This document shows, in pieces, positions 17,857 through 20,000 of a stretch of 20,000 bases of DNA (position 1 is its first letter; every line of letters begins with the position of its first letter). The notes below the pieces were generated by a model, which was given only the letters and a program-made list of their open reading frames with translations, was not told where the DNA came from and did not search any database. The stretch covers positions 57,565 to 77,564 of IMG/VR virus record IMGVR_UViG_3300035670_000135. The stretch is one strand, 5' to 3'. The position numbers and the translations under genes were made by a program. This DNA is from an uncultured virus (IMG/VR IMGVR_UViG_3300035670_000135). Its lineage: Duplodnaviria > Heunggongvirae > Uroviricota > Caudoviricetes.

Positions 17857-18144
17857 ATGAAATATAAGTATATGCCTCAAACGGGCATCAAATGCCCTGC
17901 TATCACCAGAAAGGGCAAAGAATGCCCCATAGGTGGAGAAGAATGGCGTAATGGTTGGTGCCATGTGCATGATCCAAATGGTGAAATGGTAAATAAAACC
18001 AAAAGGAAGGCTAAAGCTTTTTCTCTTGAATACAACTTGAGAGAAATTATTGCCAGAGATATCGAGTCTCAATGTCCAGTATTAATTCAATGTGATTGTC
18101 CATTTCATTATGCAGCAGAGATAGCACGAGGCAACAATGTCTAG
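17857..18144 (+). CDS. Zinc-finger-like protein (C-x-A-x-T-x2-G-x2-C...C-x2-H, DUF5763-like)
   Basis: CPAITRKGKEC...WCHVH; upstream TTGACT(17772)-N18-TATAAT(17796). Confidence 0.65.
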   Translation: MKYKYMPQTGIKCPAITRKGKECPIGGEEWRNGWCHVHDPNGEMVNKTKRKAKAFSLEYNLREIIARDIESQCPVLIQCDCPFHYAAEIARGNNV

Positions 18145-18286
18145 ATTTATGTGGTATGACTTTTTTGGGCGAGAGTGGCAGGGATTTTGTGCATCCTGTC
18201 GTAAAGAGCTATTTGCGCCCACAAGATCAGAATATATAACCAATCGGTTATATCATACGAGAAATGAATGTGGAGGCGGATACTAA
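18137..18286 (+). CDS. 49-aa CxxC...HxxxxC microprotein
   Basis: MSRFMWYDFFGREWQGFCASC...HTRNECGGGY; SD GAGG; TAATG coupling. Confidence 0.7.
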   Translation: MSRFMWYDFFGREWQGFCASCRKELFAPTRSEYITNRLYHTRNECGGGY

Positions 18287-18657
18287 TGAGAAACTTTTTA
18301 GATGATTCAATTGTAGAGCATAACTCTAGGCCACCCTTACGATGGATTGCAAATTGGGCGGGATCAAGAGCATCTTCGGCAGTAATGAGAGCGGCATGGC
18401 TAGATGAAGATGGAATAGATAGAGGAATTAGACAAACAATTAACTCTGCTATTTATAGACTACTATGGCCTATGTATCGCAAGTATGGAACATTCTATAA
18501 AATAGATTGGCCTATGGATGGGCAAGCTTGGGAAGATTATGATGAAGATGGAGTTCCATATTGGGAGAAGACAGGAACGATAGATCCTGATTCCCCCCAG
18601 CCTTGGAAATATGTAGACCCATGGACAGGGGATGCATTTAGGGTAATTAAGAAATGA
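18286..18657 (+). CDS. Trp-rich hypothetical protein
   Basis: ATG 18286 follows GGAGG and overlaps the previous stop. Confidence 0.75.
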   Translation: MRNFLDDSIVEHNSRPPLRWIANWAGSRASSAVMRAAWLDEDGIDRGIRQTINSAIYRLLWPMYRKYGTFYKIDWPMDGQAWEDYDEDGVPYWEKTGTIDPDSPQPWKYVDPWTGDAFRVIKK

Positions 18658-18791
18658 CAGAAGATAGGATAATTGATCTTAGTCAACCAGGAGTTATACA
18701 TATAATATATCCATCTGGACTACCAGTTAATCCAAATATGATGGATCCAAATATAGGTGACTGGCATAAAGGGGCGGGGGAATCAAAATAG
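18654..18791 (+). CDS. 45-aa hypothetical protein
   Basis: ATGA overlap; last ORF of the + strand block. Confidence 0.5.
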   Translation: MTEDRIIDLSQPGVIHIIYPSGLPVNPNMMDPNIGDWHKGAGESK

Positions 18792-18994
18792 ACCTCTTTG
18801 CCAGAATAGTATGGATATGGTTCTATGGTATGGGTATAACATTCTCAGCTATAACCCTATATATAATCTGGAATACTATAAAGATCTATAAAGAGTAGCT
18901 ACAATTCCTGTAGAAATTTGATCAGATAGATTCCTATCTTCTCCTACCCCCCTCCAATTTATCTCCTCTCTATGGCCTTTCTAAGGCCTTTAAA

Positions 18995-19020
18995 GTGGAG
19001 TATTGTGGAGCATTGTGGAG
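18995..19020. repeat. 3 x GTGGAG at an exact 10-bp period
   Basis: GTGGAGtatt GTGGAGcatt GTGGAG. Confidence 0.85.
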
Positions 19021-19133
19021 TAAAATGGTTATAGATTCATAACGAAATGTTATTGTATAATAATTAAATAGATATATGTGTAATTGAGCACTACTATATT
19101 CATGTCGTAATGTCAATAGGATCCATATGCAGC

Positions 19134-19355
19134 ATTTTCCAGGATTTTTGTCAATGCCTCGTAAAGGAGAATTTTGGCTCGTAGCCATAAATATGGCTAT
19201 ATTTAGCCAGAAATATGCTCCAGAATTTACCCAGATTCTGATCAATATTATATCTATTTAGTTATATTATTATAACATTTTGTTATATTCTTTTAGATAA
19301 TGATCAAATTTTCTGGGATTTTTTATATGCTCTCGTAAAGGGGAATTTTTGCCCG
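19134..19355. repeat. Imperfect 48-bp direct repeat pair (19134-19181 and 19308-19355)
   Basis: ATTTTCcaGGATTTTT..ATGC-CTCGTAAAGGaGAATTTTgGCtCG versus ATTTTCtgGGATTTTT..ATGCtCTCGTAAAGGgGAATTTTtGCcCG. Confidence 0.8.
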
Positions 19356-19366
19356 CTAATAGTTAA

Positions 19367-19408
19367 CACAAAAGGGGCAAATCGGACATATATGTCCAAT
19401 TCACCCCT
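19367..19408 (-). terminator. Intrinsic terminator of the leftward block
   Basis: Minus-strand RNA AGGGGUGAAUUGGACAU/AUGUCCGAUUUGCCCCU followed by UUUGUG; three G-U pairs form only on the minus strand. Confidence 0.8.
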
Positions 19409-19430
19409 AGGTGTATTATATTAGATTAGT

Positions 19431-19739
19431 TTATATTACTGCTTGTGTATTGATACGAGCAGGTTGTCCATGGAATTCTTCATGTACCCAACTGTTATCT
19501 GATTTAATTTGTACTGGGTTATTATTTCGGTAAGCCCCCGTTTTTGTTTTCTCATCGAGAGCCAGTTCTTGGTAATGATATTCCTCAATATACTTAATTA
19601 GTTCTAATAATTTACTTTGGGTATATGGTGGATAACTTGTGATAATGATATTAGCAAATAACGCTGGGTGAAAATGATGGTCGTTTAGGATTTCTTCTAA
19701 ACTATCTATTACTTTATCTACTTTGGTTCTTCTTCTCAT
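19431..19739 (-). CDS. Hypothetical protein
   Basis: SD GAGAGG; TGATATAAT promoter at 19772-19764; downstream terminator. Confidence 0.8.
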   Translation of the reverse strand: MRRRTKVDKVIDSLEEILNDHHFHPALFANIIITSYPPYTQSKLLELIKYIEEYHYQELALDEKTKTGAYRNNNPVQIKSDNSWVHEEFHGQPARINTQAVI

Positions 19740-19773
19740 GTTCCGCCTCTCTTTGAACCCTCGATTATATCAT

Positions 19774-19799
19774 AAGGGGCTGACTTGCGCCAGCCCCTT
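19774..19799 (-). terminator. GNRA-capped hairpin (terminator-like) after the Lsr2-like gene
   Basis: Minus strand AAGGGGCUGGC-GCAA-GUCAGCCCCUU with a short U-tract. Confidence 0.65.
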
Positions 19800-19813
19800 T
19801 GGATCTGATCTAT

Positions 19814-19960
19814 TTAGTTCTTTGCTTGTTTGACTTCAGCGGTGAACTTAATTCCATTCTTTTCCGCCTCAGACAAAGCCTGCTTAGCAGCTGCAGAGAA
19901 TCGGCCACGGCGGCCAACAGTAATTCCCTTTGATACTAGATATTCACGCTTTGTTGCCAT
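19814..19960 (-). CDS. 48-aa Lsr2-like DNA-binding-domain protein (not in the ORF track)
   Basis: MATKREYLVSKGITVGRRGRFSAAAKQALSEAEKNGIKFTAEVKQAKN resembles the Lsr2 C-domain pattern (RE-W/Y...G..V..RGR); SD AAAGGA; TGATAAAAT upstream. Confidence 0.75.
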   Translation of the reverse strand: MATKREYLVSKGITVGRRGRFSAAAKQALSEAEKNGIKFTAEVKQAKN

Positions 19961-20000
19961 TGTTGTCTATCCTTTCTATGATAGTGTTATATTTTATCAG

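Noticed and set aside
17809..17859. GTG 17809 in frame with ATG 17857 across a TAG, suggesting stop-codon recoding
   Set aside because: TAG ends many well-tiled genes here (e.g. 3783, 4121, 9851) and long genes are uninterrupted, so the standard code fits; ATG 17857 has its own SD-like AAGGCGG.
18970..19245. 91-aa minus-strand ORF in the convergence region
   Set aside because: It lies beyond the minus-strand terminator, has no clear SD and has atypical composition.

Overview
A gene-dense, AT-rich segment of a large tailed dsDNA phage. The host is most likely an actinobacterium, inferred from WhiB, an Lsr2-like RGR protein, an MQTFLP-type glycosylase and many apparently leaderless promoters; the low GC is compatible with freshwater Nanopelagicales-type hosts. 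Positions 1-18791 are one + strand block: a sugar/nucleotide modification tail (glycosyltransferase-like fragment, NTP-transferase, DUF1599/Nmad1), small and large terminase, Hsp20, an FmdB Zn-ribbon, a stalked PA14 surface protein, a membrane/lipoprotein/CHAP lysis cassette, a modular head-associated protein, WhiB, an HslV-like Thr protease, a secreted subtilase, a pyrimidine-dimer glycosylase, thioredoxin, a secreted surface protein and a chain of coupled microproteins. A ~640 bp non-coding region with repeats separates this block from convergent - strand genes. The best unexplained signals are a ROSE-like RNA thermometer over the hsp20 ribosome-binding site, a promoter-driven hairpin plus H-type pseudoknot RNA just after hsp20, a protein whose modules are separated by eight hydrophobic-x-K-[S/A] motifs (candidate polyprotein), a stand-alone Lsr2 DNA-binding domain missed by the ORF track, and the repeat-bearing convergence region. 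All family calls are from motif recognition by eye; no database searches were run.
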